Assembly (NCBI RefSeq): GCF_001194135.2
Contig: NC_068990.1
Location: 6,922,073 to 6,981,028 of the forward strand
DNA length: 58,956 nucleotides
Direction: 5' to 3'
Origin: Octopus bimaculoides
Lineage: Eukaryota
In this document: one piece after another, positions 1 to 12,960 of the stretch
Layout of the letters: every line of letters starts with the position of its first letter
Position numbering within the stretch: the first letter of the stretch is position 1
The notes under the pieces: model-generated
Told to the model about the DNA's origin: nothing
What the model saw: only the letters and a program-made list of their open reading frames with translations
The model's database searches: none
Made by a program: the position numbers and the translations under genes

Positions 1-23
1 GGCAAGGATGTCTTGCTTTAGTT

Positions 24-175
<152 letters not shown>

Positions 176-439
176 CAGTATTATCACTTTTACTAGTACA
201 TAAAACAAATCCTGCCGTGTACACACATTCAAAACATATCCACTCACAAATATAACAAGATCAAATATTTAACCACTGCACATCACAGCGTACGAAGTAA
301 ACCATACGGGAAAGACAATCTTCAAGACCCTTATATTTCGGCCATCCAACTCACTATCTACGTGCCTTGCGGGTTGAGAACTTATTCGGTTTATACAACA
401 ACAACCCTTAAAGAAATATCGAATCTAAAATCTTCAGCT

Positions 440-453
440 GTATGTATGCATGC

Positions 454-484
<31 letters not shown>

Positions 485-605
485 CATGTATGTATGTATG
501 TATGTATTATGTATGTATGTATGTATGTATGTATGCGTGAATGTATGTGTATGTATGTATATGTGTATGTATGTATGTATGTATGTAGGTATTTAGCTTG
601 GTTGG

Positions 606-644
<39 letters not shown>

Positions 645-1104
645 NNNNNNNNNNNNNNNNNNNNNNNNNNNNNNNNNNNNNNNNNNNNNNNNNNNNNNNN
701 NNNNNNNNNNNNNNNNNNNNNNNNNNNNNNNNNNNNNNNNNNNNNNNNNNNNNNNNNNNNNNNNNNNNNNNNNNNNNNNNNNNNNNNNNNNNNNNNNNNN
801 NNNNNNNNNNNNNNNNNNNNNNNNNNNNNNNNNNNNNNNNNNNNNNNNNNNNNNNNNNNNNNNNNNNNNNNNNNNNNNNNNNNNNNNNNNNNNNNNNNNN
901 NNNNNNNNNNNNNNNNNNNNNNNNNNNNNNNNNNNNNNNNNNNNNNNNNNNNNNNNNNNNNNNNNNNNNNNNNNNNNNNNNNNNNNNNNNNNNNNNNNNN
1001 NNNNNNNNNNNNNNNNNNNNNNNNNNNNNNNNNNNNNNNNNNNNNNNNNNNNNNNNNNNNNNNNNNNNNNNNNNNNNNNNNNNNNNNNNNNNNNNNNNNN
1101 NNNN

Positions 1105-1170
<66 letters not shown>

Positions 1171-1180
1171 ATGCATGCAT
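440..1180. repeat. (TATG)n/(TA)n microsatellite around gap 645-1104
   Basis: Read directly; the YI/VCM ORFs are artefacts. Confidence 0.95.
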
Positions 1181-1199
1181 ACACACGGACAAACTCAAA

Positions 1200-1565
1200 C
1201 GCATATAATTAAAACAAAAACGAGCAACGAGAAATAACAAAAAGTGGCCATGGGCATGAATGTCGACAACAAAAACGAGGAGATGCTAAATGCAATACAA
1301 GATAAAAGTTTTGATCTAGAAGAACTTTCTTTGCTTCGAGAGAATGGTAAACAATGGGCCGGTGGCAATCTCAACCGATTCTGAATATGAAAGGGAGATA
1401 ATTTCAAAAATCAAAAATGCTATGGAATTGACATGCCATTAAGGAAAAGAGGGTCTAATATTTTGGAGACGGGAGGACATGTCTGGACAGGTCTTTCTGC
1501 CACAAGAACCATCATCATCACGGGTAAAGTTGTTGTCTTAGCTTCAGCATATATGAGACTTAGCA
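1200..1565 (+). mobile_element. Decayed 3' fragment of an R4/Dong-like (RLE) LINE
   Basis: Frameshifted peptides ending KVVVLASAYMRL, similar to the KIVLLGTAHILR C-terminus of the RLE LINE copies at 56860 and 58560. Confidence 0.45.
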
Positions 1566-1629
1566 AATAGAAAATGAATAGAGAATATTTACTAGAACAA
1601 AAAAGAACTAAGATCTCTCAGTCCATCAA

Positions 1630-1825
1630 TTTCTCTCTCTCTTTCTCCCTCTTTATCTCTCTCCCTCATTACCTCTCACTCTCCCTTTATCTCTCTGTCT
1701 ACTTCTCTTTATCTCTCCCTTTCATTTTCTCTCTCTTTCTCTCTCTCTAAAAAATGCTCTTTCTCTCTCTAAAAAGAATATACATATATACATACACATA
1801 TATATATACACACACATAGATAGTT

Positions 1826-1876
<51 letters not shown>

Positions 1877-1990
1877 CTTACTCACATACACACATATCTC
1901 ATATTCCCCTCTGTGTTGGCCTCTTGTGGGCAATAAAAAAAATCTCACATACACACATACGCACAGAGGCGCGCGCACGTGTATTCACAC
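1630..1990. repeat. (CT)-rich then (CA)n low-complexity tract
   Basis: Read directly. Confidence 0.9.
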
Positions 1991-2039
1991 ATATATATGT
2001 ACTAAAATTATGCAATAGAAGCTGCTCTATTATCAGTTA

Positions 2040-2660
2040 AAGTTTAGACAGTGTCACGTGACAACTTGCTGGGGCTGCTTGCTGCACCATAGCGGCGGGA
2101 AATTTAGACAGTGTCACGTGACAACTTGCTGGGGCAGCCTGCTGGAGTCTAGCAGCAGGTATAAAAAGGGGAATCTGACATGACAATCAGTCGGACGCTG
2201 ACACTCGTTGATGCTGCATCGAAGAGGCCAGGGAATAGAAGAATGAAGTCATGCACCCAACACCAGAGCTGAAGACACCTCCGAAAAGNNNNNNNNNNNN
2301 NNNNNNNNNNNNNNNNNNNNNNNNNNNNNNNNNNNNNNNNNNNNNNNNNNNNNNNNNNNNNNNNNNNNNNNNNNNNNNNNNNNNNNNNNNNNNNNNNNNN
2401 NNNNNNNNNNNNNNNNNNNNNNNNNNNNNNNNNNNNNNNNNNNNNNNNNNNNNNNNNNNNNNNNNNNNNNNNNNNNNNGCACGTCAAAACGGTAGAGGAA
2501 TAGGGGCCGAAACCGGACGTGGTTCCTCCTGATGATGTCTTGAGCTAACTGGATCCTATAAAGGAGCTGTTGTGGTAGCAGACCACGAAACATGGTTGAA
2601 ATTCCTTCCAAATGTCTACAGGTGCAGCATTTAATGTATATGTATAATTGAAGCGCCAGA
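2040..2660 (+). mobile_element. Penelope-like pLTR-type element, interrupted by gap 2289-2478
   Basis: 33-bp direct repeat with a 60-bp period containing GTCACGTGAC (2043, 2103); TATAAAAA at 2160; CTGAAGA at 2269; GAAACCGG at 2509; CTGATGA...CGAAAC at 2529-2591. Confidence 0.45.
2525..2600 (+). ncRNA. Degenerate type I hammerhead-like motif
   Basis: CTGATGA (2529-2535), then GTCT...AGAC pairing with an internal TCCT-ATAA-AGGA hairpin, then GAAA (2587-2590) and C-ATG-GTT. Helix I is not recoverable. Confidence 0.35.
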
Positions 2661-3430
2661 AGCTGCAATATTTGCCCGGGAAAAAGTCATTTTATAGACT
2701 CATTGTATTACAAGACTTTATAATTCATAGTTCGAATATATTCTGCTTAAGCGATACATTTGCAAACTAGTGTGTAGTTTATTCACTATTTCTACGTCCT
2801 TCAGGTTAACTGATTCGACTTTGATTTGGAAGTGACACGATACGTGAGATTGATAATGACTCCAAAATACGTATCTGCCGATATCACGATAACTTCTGGG
2901 GAGATTTTGTCACCCCCCCCGCCCCCGTCAGCTCTTAATTATATTGTGTTTTTTTTTAACACGATACGTGTAGAATGGTACTTCGCCGGACGAAAAACTA
3001 CAGATTCTGGTGTTTCAACAGCATACCATCTTTTACGAACATGTAGAGCGTGTGTAGTTTTCCTTTACGTTCTATGTAGGCTTTACAAATAATGTTTCGT
3101 TTTCGTATGGTAATTATAGAACAATGTTATTTTTCAAGAAAATTTAAATACTCTCACACATATCAACTATTTCTTCGGGATGATTTGCGATTGTTTTGAC
3201 AAAGTAGCATACTTTACATCAGCAGATTCTGCGTTTGGATTTATCTCCTAATCACAGATATTCTCGTATTTTAGCTCAGAGAAAATCAGTTCACATCAAA
3301 TACTTTTAGTTCCTGAATATGTGGAGTAAAATAAATTATCGAAAAAATATGAAAGCTTCTGATAAGATTTTCTACAACTTTTCATTTTATAGTTGTTTAT
3401 TGTTAATGTAATATACAGAGATTTCACCTT

Positions 3431-3476
<46 letters not shown>

Positions 3477-3894
3477 CAGAAGTATACATGCACCTGGGAT
3501 GAGAATCCGGTATTGAGTAAGTGGGCATTTTTACTGACACGTTTAGTGAAACTTAATATTATATACATTTTCATAATTGATGATTCTTTTAGAAATAAAA
3601 AGGGAAAATTTGAAGTATGAAATTTCGGAGAGATACTCATATATTTGCGGATAATTAAATGAGAGAAAAGTAATATTCGATGAGATTACTGCTGCAGCTG
3701 TTGTCGTTTCCTTTATTTGTCATTCCACACAATATTAACTCACATTTTTACTACGGCTTTCACTCTTATTTTAATAGTTTGTTAAACGAGTCGTAGAGAA
3801 TCCATACATGTCTGTTCTCATTTTAGTTTTCGCGAAATATTAGTTTGAGATATCTTTAGCGTTTTGTCAAAGCACAAGCTGTTGAAAACAACAA

Positions 3895-4017
3895 GAGCAC
3901 CAGCAACAACAACAACAACAACAACAACAATAATTGTTATTGCTAGTATTATCATCATCATCATCATCATCATCAACATCATTATTATTATTTGTAGCAG
4001 CAGCAGCAGCAGCACCA

Positions 4018-4091
<74 letters not shown>

Positions 4092-4092
4092 T
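3895..4092. repeat. Compound trinucleotide repeat (CAA)(CAT)(GCA)(GTA)
   Basis: Read directly; source of the poly-T/I/S/A ORFs. Confidence 0.95.
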
Positions 4093-4419
4093 CCAAAAAG
4101 AAAACAAAAAAAAACATTATCCAAAGATGAAATATGAACATAACGTGGGATTTACATGTAAAAAAGGATAGGAAAAACAGCATAACAACAATTTTTTTTT
4201 TTTAAATACCCAAAACAGAGGAAGCCGCTTCGAGCCACTGAAGAGAACCTCACAAGGCTTCAGTTATCTTGACCACCACTGGCAAGTGCATTTGCTCACA
4301 TTTCGTTTCCCGAAGCTCAGTGTTCATTCCCCATGTGCCATATTCATTACTTTCGTTCAACTTTCTAAGAATTTACTGCGGTAAAAATTCTACTCTCCAT
4401 TCGCAGCTTCCTTTTCAAG

Positions 4420-5210
4420 TAAAAAAATTGATCAGGGCTTGGTCGAATAGAAAAGAGCCTGTCTTCAGTCCTTTCAGACTTGTTCACTGTATAAACTCTT
4501 TCACCCTAGCTATTAATCTAACAGCTGATGAATACTACCGCTGGATTACCTCCATTTTCTTCTTGCCATATAAATTAAGGGTAAAACCTCTTATTACCCT
4601 CGCCTAATTATTATACTCAGTGGGGTAATTGCCACGCAATAACCAACACTTGTGTATTAATTAGGTATTCTACCAGCAGTATATTGGATAGATACTATTC
4701 CTTAGTTGGTTAGATTCATTCTTTCAACGGAAGAAAGGTGATGGGACAATCTTCATAATGGGACTCTGTTGATATCCGAGTTCATTCTGCTCACGATAAC
4801 AACTATTCGGCAAAACTTCACAAACAGTAATGCGCTGAATTGAACGAGTGCGTCGCGCTCTACTCATATGGCGGAGAAATCCGGTTGGGGCAGCCCGAGA
4901 TAGGAGTAAAGTGCAATGCTCGTCCACTCCCACTAGCTCTGCTACGTCAGCATTATCTAGCAGTTACCCATAGTTCTTGGGATGAAAGTTCTCTGGAACA
5001 GTTTTCATCTCTTTGACACTTAGATTTTTCTCGTGAACATCGCTGTTCTTCCTTATCACTAGTTGTTTAAAGAGCACCAACATGGACATTAACCGACTGT
5101 TTTGGTAGACTTATATGTGGCCTGGCAGTGTCTGACAATATTCCAGACAGCAAGCGCGCAGTCTTGATCTTCACTTTACTAAGGGCTATCACTAGAAATG
5201 TGATATTCAT
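4420..5210 (-). mobile_element. Decayed L1/Tx1-clade LINE 3' fragment (C-terminal Cys/His region plus probable 3' UTR)
   Basis: Minus-strand peptides GALXTTSDK, VDEHCTLL and CEVLPN...PIMKIVPSPF resemble the Tx1 ORF2 C-terminus; many stops and frameshifts. Confidence 0.55.
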
Positions 5211-6269
5211 GGTGAGATAAGTTCTTAAATTGCCTTAGATGGAAATCAATCAATATAACATCCAGTTAAATAGCTACTTAGAGAGTATAATAGTATTTTT
5301 GTAACCATGTAACAGATAGAAGCGAAATTTTTATAGACATTTCAACTTAGTTTAGGAAATGTCATATAAGAAATAGCTAAGAGAAATTAGTAATGTAAAA
5401 ACTGCAATACTAGCATTACATTTTCATGGTATTGATCGATTGATTTTTGTGAACCATACTCTCGGTCAGGAAAGATTCCAAATTGGTGTCTATCCCTATT
5501 GTAATAATTTAACACTATTTACTGCAAAATTTCTCTTGGAAAAGATATTAAACCTTCACTAAGCAATGGAGCCAGTATACAGTTACTTGACCTGCTAAAA
5601 TTAGCTGCCAATTACCTCTGCATATACACAGGAGTGGTCTACTTTGTATTTCGGTTATTAAACTCTGTATTTTATTTTTGCGATCATTATATTGCAGCAT
5701 TATTAGTAGATCTACCTCCTTCAGTATACTAATCCTATTTATTTTATCGACCATTTTTTGTAATAATATGAGATACATAGACTGGCAATCATTTTTGTCT
5801 GATATTCCAGCATTCCGAATTTATACAAATAAATGCAAGATAGAAATAGATGTTTAAAAAATATTTTTAACTGAAACAAAGTAAATTTTTCTCAAAAGTT
5901 GCCGACGATGAAATCGACATCAATATATTATAAACACTCTCAGCGATATTTCAATGCAGAAAAACGGGTGAAATTAAACACCGATATATATTTAGTATGA
6001 TGTTTGTGATCTCTGAGTCAGTCAGCCATAATATGGATTTCCGTTAGTCAGACGTCTAATGACGAGAATTTACGTTTCGGTAGATGAGGATATGTAGCGT
6101 CCCCCACCTTTTTCTTCTTTGGAAAAGTTTTGGTGGTGCATTCGGAAAAGTAATTCAACAGAGAATCTACACTGTGTGAAGTTTTCAGACAGCCTCGAAC
6201 TTGCTTATGCTGCTCATCACTCATTCACAAAATTATTTATAGGCTCACACGTACGTTATGTAATGAGCT

Positions 6270-6495
6270 GATATATATATGTATACATATACTCACATAT
6301 ATAAATATATATATATGTATATATGTGTGTGTGTGTGTGTGAACGTATTTACATACAATATATACATACATATAGATATATATCGATTTATATATGTGTG
6401 TATTTGGGAGAGAGAGGGGGAAGAATGGGAGAAAAAGAGAGAGAGAGAGAGAGGGAAAGAGAGAGAAAGGGAGAGAGAGAGAGATGGGGAAGAAT

Positions 6496-6553
<58 letters not shown>
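6270..6553. repeat. (TA)/(TG)/(GA)n compound microsatellite
   Basis: Read directly. Confidence 0.95.
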
Positions 6554-6555
<2 letters not shown>

Positions 6556-7527
6556 TTTCTCTTCGAGCAAAAGGCGACAAGATTAATCATTTGCCTATTT
6601 TGGTATTTTGCATTTCCTCTAAGAATAGAGCGAAAGATTTTCTATATACCGCATAATGTTTAATTGCTGCATATTTCACCAGAATATCTTTCACTGTATA
6701 ACTCATATTTCACAAATATAACTGTACGCTTGACACAAAGGTTAATAGCTGTATAGACGTAGAGGTTTTATGCTAAATATCTCTACCAACTGCAACTTTG
6801 TTTCGTATTCTCATACTAAGCGTTTCCCTTTGTCTCTCTCTCCCCCTCTCCCATTCGGAGATCATGTTCACTGCCCTGTTTCCGTCTCCAAAATCGGTTC
6901 GTGTCAATTTTGACTTAATAACATCAGCTGAGTTCCAATGTGTATATCTATGACGCATATATACTCCTGTTGGTGTGTGAAGATGTATGACATATATGTA
7001 CATAGTTTAAAGTAAATTATTCTTCAAGGAGTTGATTCGTGTTACATTTCTGAAATATCCCACGCTGATATGATCGATACACCGCTGCGTTGAAGTTCAA
7101 CTTCAATTTGTAATGTTGTCATTTGGTTGTAAGCACTCATCGGGAAAAAAATTCCAGAAAGTCAAAATCCTGGAGAGGAATGAATGTTGGTAGTGTCGAA
7201 GATGGGATGACGGGGGCGGGGGCAAAGTAACGATGATGCAAATTAAACAGCCAGACTTAACTATGTTTGAGATTATAAACGCTTTAAATAGCAACAAACT
7301 AATAATCTGCCAGAATACATTCGATAAGATTACTATGTAAATATCAAAGGATTAAGGGAATGGCATGTCATTAAATGGAACTAACTGTTTTGGTTAATGT
7401 TACTCTTTAATTTCCAAATTGTTAATGCCAGAGCACATACGTAAGCCTCCATACGAATACACTACACCCCCACACACACATAATATACATATACACACAC
7501 ATATGTTTATGCATATATGTATATACG

Positions 7528-7566
<39 letters not shown>

Positions 7567-8012
7567 TTGGCTCTGAGGTAAGCAGCTTGCTTTCCAACCG
7601 CATGGTTCCGGGTTCAGTCTCAGTGTGGAATCTTGGGTAAGTGTCCTCAACAATAGCCACAGGCTGACCAAAGTTTTCTGAGTAGATTTGGTAGGAGGAA
7701 ACTGAAGAGAAGCCCGTCGTATATGTGTGTGTATGTGTATGTGTGTATGTGTGTGTATGTGTGTGTGTGTGTGCGTGTGTGTACGTGTGTAACTATGTGC
7801 CTATGCTTGTCGTCTACCACCGTTTGACAATCGACGTTGGTATTGTGTTTACGTCCCCGTAACTTAACTATTCGGCAAAAGTGTCTGATAGAATAAGTGC
7901 CAGGTTTAACAAAAAAATAGTATTGGGATCGACTCATTCAATTAGAAATTCATCAAGGCAGTGCCCCAGCATGACCGCAACCTAATGACTGAAACAAGAA
8001 AAAAATGAAAAG
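7567..8012 (+). mobile_element. SINE family A (tRNA-like head, internal (GT)n, conserved tail), near-complete copy
   Basis: Head GGTAAGCAGCTTGCTTTCCAACC...GGTTCAGTC and tail GCCCCAGCATGACCGCA...TGACTGAAACAAG, homologous to at least 7 other copies in the window. Confidence 0.85.
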
Positions 8013-8165
8013 ATGCAGGCATTGCTGTGTGCTTAGAAGCTTGTTTCGCAATCATATGGTTCTGTGTTTAGTCCCACAGCGCGGCACCTTGGACAAACGT
8101 CTTCTACCATAGCCTGAAGCCAACCAAAGCCTTGTAAGTGGATTTTGTAGACGGAAACTGAAAGA
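8013..8165 (+). mobile_element. SINE family A head, in tandem with the previous copy
   Basis: Same head sequence, ending GACGGAAACTGAAAGAA. Confidence 0.8.
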
Positions 8166-8399
8166 AAAAAAAAACATGAAATTTGTTTTTTGAACTATGA
8201 ACTATCTCTTGTCTGCTGTCTTCACTCTGGCTTGAACTAGATTTAACCCTGGTTATTTATCATAAGTAGCTTTTTGTGGATTATGTAATACATAAATTTC
8301 TATTTAAATATTACAAATATTTAAGAGGCATAATAGCTGTATATAATTATAAGATTTTTAGTATAAATATATGAATCATATATTTGTTTGTTGATGAAA

Positions 8400-8600
8400 C
8401 ATAAATATCTATGTGAGTATGTGTTTGTGTCCGTGTTTGCTTCTCTAACCCGCTTGACAACCGGTTTAGCAGAAGAGACTGATGAACTAAGTACAAGGAT
8501 TAGCAAATAATAAGTACTGGAGTCGATTCGTTCGACTGAAATTCTGTAAGTAGTCGCCCCAACATGGCCACTGTCAAATAACTGAAACAAGTAAAAGGTA
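8400..8600 (+). mobile_element. SINE family A tail
   Basis: CGCTTGACAACCGG...AAGTACTGGAGTCGATTCGTTCGACT...ACTGAAACAAGTAAAAG. Confidence 0.75.
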
Positions 8601-8604
8601 TGTT

Positions 8605-9031
8605 ATTGTTCAGTTTTATTTCAAGATTTCTTTCCAATAAAGAAAGAGCTGGTTTCTAACCTAGATCCAAGGCTCCTTCACTGGAATTTCAACATCAACA
8701 ACAGGGTATTTTTGTATGTATGTATGTATGTATGTATGTATGTATGTATGTATGAATATGCGCAGATTTCTATATTTTGCTTTATGTATAAATTCTCGTG
8801 CATATTGTTGCATATCTAGACGTGCTCAAATATATTTAAATGATAAACTGGAAAGTTTTACAGATTTTTACAGTTCCAGTGATTGATTGCATCTGTAGTC
8901 TTCGAATTAGCTCTCTCCTTACTGGTTTTGAGAAGCCTAATTTCTCAAGATTGATATCTCGGCAGTGTGTTACATATTCTAGGGCCCCAATAATTACAGG
9001 TGTAAACCTGAACTTGTAATCTGGATAGAGT

Positions 9032-9036
<5 letters not shown>
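8605..9036 (-). mobile_element. R4/Dong-like LINE 3' end (RLE C-terminus plus 3' UTR with internal (CATA)n)
   Basis: Peptide LLYPDYKFRFTPVIIGALEYV...RRLQMQSITGTVKICKTF, typical of the end of the restriction-like endonuclease domain. Confidence 0.75.
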
Positions 9037-9063
<27 letters not shown>

Positions 9064-9255
9064 NNNNNNNNNNNNNNNNNNNNNNNNNNNNNNNNNNNNN
9101 NNNNNNNNNNNNNNNNNNNNNNNNNNNNNNNNNNNNNNNNNNNNNNNNNNNNNNNNNNNNNNNNNNNNNNNNNNNNNNNNNNNNNNNNNNNNNNNNNNNN
9201 NNNNNNNNNNNNNNNNNNNNNNNNNNNNNNNNNNNNNNNNNNNNNNNNNNNNNNN

Positions 9256-9430
9256 NCAGCAGTACAGCATTTTTCCAAATTCTTGACAGAGTGAATTGCA
9301 TCATGGTGCTGTTTTCTTCTCAGGCGGTGCCCAACTGACCCAACTATACTGTGTAGTCGACAAAATCAAAAGCAAACAAAGTGCACGCGCGAAATTAAAA
9401 AATATAAAACGGTGACAATTTACCCATCAC

Positions 9431-9434
<4 letters not shown>
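9256..9434 (-). mobile_element. Tc1/mariner 5' end (TIR plus transposase start); remainder in gap
   Basis: Terminus CAGTGTGATGGGTAAATTGTCACCG followed by ORF start MMQFTLSRIWKNAVLL. Confidence 0.6.
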
Positions 9435-9479
<45 letters not shown>

Positions 9480-10093
9480 TAAACAGAAATTGCAGGAGAT
9501 CCTCAGAGATTTTGAAAGCTCTTCTAAATCCCTCGCGGTGCTGGAAGCCTTTTCGTATCTTCAGCAGCTATTTTAGAGTCACAGGTGATTCACTCCTTAA
9601 CCACTAATGCTTCACCTGAGCTGGGAAGCGAGGTTGGTCTGAGCTATCCTTCACCTACTGAAGAATTCCTCTTGTAGTCTCTTAGCCATCTTCTTAGCAA
9701 GCTTCAGCTGTCGTGCCTTTTTCTTGATGGTAGTCTTCAGTTCTTTGGATTCAGTTTACTTTCTCACCTGTTTATACCTGTTTAAAATTTAGCCTGAAGA
9801 TGGTGGATTACATGCAAAGGTGTAATCTATAAATATATCAATGGAATTCCTAAGCAGGTGTCGTACATTCAAACACAATTTGAGTTCTATTTTCATACCA
9901 GTGCCGCACCTAGAACCAGCCCTGAATTGGAAAGACGGTTTATATTGGATCTGGTACCAATATCTACAGTATCCTACCGACACATGATACTTTCAAGCGT
10001 GCTTTACCTCACTGTACCTAGCGATCTCTAGTGTCCTACCTACTGACGTGCCTAGAATCTAGCTGATTTCTCTCTCTCTCTGTCTTTCTCTGA

Positions 10094-10145
<52 letters not shown>

Positions 10146-10229
10146 GCGTGGTGTATGTATGTATGTGTGTGTATGTATCTGTATGCATGCATGTATGCGT
10201 CGTATGTTTCTTTGTATACATGTATATAC

Positions 10230-10600
10230 ATTTCGGTGCGTAGGAAGTCTTTAGAAAATCTCTCCAGGAAATTAACAATACTGATAATTTCCTGGAGAGA
10301 TCATGTTGCAATGAAGAAGTTATAGAATGAGATGAGAAAGATAATTTACAGAATATTCTGAACAGGCGAGGGCAACAATCTGTTGGACGTATACTGCGTT
10401 TGACAGAAGAAATGAAATGAAATGATGTGCTATAAAACGATAGAGTGAATACCTGAATGATGGGAAAGGAAAACACCATAATCATGTAAGCGGTCTGCAA
10501 CACATGGGAGTATGATGCGGAGATCAGAAAAGAAAGACAAATGACAAGCATAGACGAAATATAGTCATCACGAAAGGTCCCAGTAGGGATAGAGGGATTT
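10230..10600 (+). mobile_element. Decayed RTE-clade LINE 3' fragment
   Basis: Peptide ISWRDHVANEEV...VGRILRL, typical of the RTE post-RT region. Confidence 0.6.
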
Positions 10601-11888
10601 CATTAACTCCATTTCATCATCCTCATTATCATCATCAAGATGTGATGCTGCTACTGCTGCTGTTGTTGCTGCTGCTGCTGCTGCTGGTGGTGGTGATGGT
10701 TATAGTATTCGTCATCTTATTTGGTCGATCTTGTTCGTATTTGTATGTTCTTATTAGTCCCCCTTGTAAGCAGGAAATCGCATAGGTAACATAAAAGTAT
10801 CACCAATTAGCTCATCGGTGTGTGGCTTCAAAGAGTAACCAATACAATTTCGAGACGTTCATATTACGATGTCACTAACAAGCCCCTCCTTATTTTCCAA
10901 CAATGCACGACAAGTAAATACTTCTATTTCTAATGGTGTCTCATTCACTTCTTTGTTTAGTGAGGTCTTCTCTTTCTAAAACAACCAAACATCACACCAC
11001 TCACTTAGCTAACTAGCCAATTAATCTCTCTTTCTCTCCATATATTCACATATACATACATATGTGCACAGTGAGATATGTAGATATGGGAGATTGTAGA
11101 TATGTAGATATGGTGGGATATGTAGATTTCTTCGACAATGAGTATTTAGTTGCTCTAAACTTCCTGCTCTTGGCTTAAGGTGAGTGTAAACAGCTGAACA
11201 TTTGACAGGTGTATGTATTCTTAACGCAATTCTCAGGAAGAGTCAGTGAGAAATTCTGTGCGACAAGACTAGAATCTTAAGAATTGAAGCTACAATTTAC
11301 CCGATGGCTTCTAATCTGTTTCTGTCAACCATACGCATATAGATAACAAAATAGTATTCTTCCAGGTTTGTATAAAAAGCAAAAAAAAAAAAATTTCTGT
11401 AAAAGTCATATCTCATGAATCTCCGAAACGAATGAGATGAAAGCGCTAATAAATAATAATCCAAAATTCTGATCTCACCTTTTTTCTTCACACACACACA
11501 CATACGCACCAAAACAATAGGTTTTAGTTAGACCACTGCAAATATAGCGATGATATTTTTATTCCTAATTACAATAACTTTGAATATTTACTTGAGAAAA
11601 TATATCCACATATCGGTTTGTTTGTTTTAACTAATTTTATATTATGTATATTTTGTTTAGGCGGGAATATCATTTTAAATACATTTTCGGCAATTTAAGT
11701 GTATATTTAACAATCATAGGTCTACATTAGTTCATTCCCATGTCGCAGACAATTGATGTCTGAAAGTTAAAGTGATAAATTACATGTCGTTCTGTTGGCT
11801 TACGTTTAGTTCGTTTTAATTATGCTTTCATAATTTACGTATGATTTACGTATTTTCGTTACGGTTTGTGTGTTTTAGACAGATTTAT

Positions 11889-12553
11889 GGATCTTGTTCA
11901 AAACGGGGGCACCAGTTTTCATTAATGTTTTATGTAGTGTTTTTGGTACCGAAAGACTTTCAAACTTCGTATACTTATCTATTTTGTGTTATAGAACAGA
12001 AAAAAAATTTTGTATTCGGATTTATTTCATGTAAAAAATTGTCTTATTTCGATAACTTCAACCAATCACTGACAAGTATTCAGCTGTTTACAGTTACTCC
12101 TAAGCGGTGTAAAGCGTATTTAATCTCCATTACTTCTGACATTTTGCAGAGGCAACACAAGTGTGTTCGTTTTCCCTAACCCTAACCCTAACCCTAACCC
12201 TAATTGACTTGCTCCTTCCCTCAAAAACCATGCCTTGTGCCTATAATAGAAAGGTTTATTAGCTACTGCCAATATGCTTCAGCCATTTTTTGACAAGGAA
12301 ATAATAATTTTATCACCGCTGCGAATCGTTTGTTTACGTAGTCAGCACTTAATTTTTACGGCTGAATGGACGTCAGTGATTGGTTGAAATTACAGAAATC
12401 CGACAACTTTAACATGAAATAACTTGCGATGTACGTTTTTTTGTTAAGAAGACTAAGAGAAAAAGATGTTTTATATGACACATTCTACCAGTGTCCCAAG
12501 TTTCAAAGTGTTTCGTTAAGAAAATACTGGTGCCCCCGTTTTGAACAAGATCC
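11889..12553. mobile_element. 665-bp MITE with 27-bp perfect TIRs, 8-bp TSD and internal (CCCTAA)5
   Basis: GGATCTTGTTCAAAACGGGGGCACCAG (11889-11915) and its reverse complement (12527-12553); flanks AGATTTAT/AAATTTAT (7/8 match); CCCTAA x5 at 12174-12203. Confidence 0.9.
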
Positions 12554-12845
12554 AAATTTATATTTTTTCATATTTCAATTGAAAATATTAATTTAAATAT
12601 ATTTTCTACGATTAGTATTTATATTTAATAAATATTGTTCTGTACCGGTGTATTCCGATGTCGTATTATTTCAAGACGATTGACGCCTGATTGTTAGTTG
12701 ACGTCTGGTTCGTTTATGTTTTTATATTTTAAGTATGTTTTACAGATCTGTTTGGTCATGTTCTTTGATTAATCTATTTGCTTACAGTTTTAGACTGATT
12801 ATTCCTTAAGTTATTACTTTCGCGTTTATGTATTTGTAACCTGTG

Positions 12846-12960
12846 TGTGGAGGCGCAATGGCCCAGTGGTTAGGGCAGCGGACTCGCGGTNNNNNNNNNN
12901 CTGTGGAGCGCTCAGCCACTTTCACATTAATTTCACGAGCAGGCTGTTCCGTTGATCGCT
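12846..12960 (+). mobile_element. SINE family C, partial (collapsed by a 10-N gap)
   Basis: Head and tail pieces match the full copy at 44187-44572. Confidence 0.85.

Noticed and set aside
362-1240. Long ORFs (200-270 aa) here and at other gaps (15.6, 32.1, 33.2, 52.6 kb)
   Set aside because: They consist of N runs and dinucleotide/tetranucleotide repeats; not genes.
5506-5830. Stop-free frames on both strands with hydrophobic translations
   Set aside because: No recognisable motif or convincing splice sites; AT-rich chance ORFs.
6060-6130. Minus-strand hairpin ending in CCGAAACGTA
   Set aside because: The upstream core reads CCAAAGA and the register does not fit a hammerhead; too degenerate.
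8625-8690. Minus-strand GTGAAGGAGCC...TAGAAACCAGCTC resembling a ribozyme core
   Set aside because: Better explained as a simple stem-loop in the LINE 3' UTR; no three-helix junction.
9794-9830. CTGAAGA followed by a GATTAC/GTAATC hairpin
   Set aside because: No GAAA or helix III follows; at best a truncated relic.
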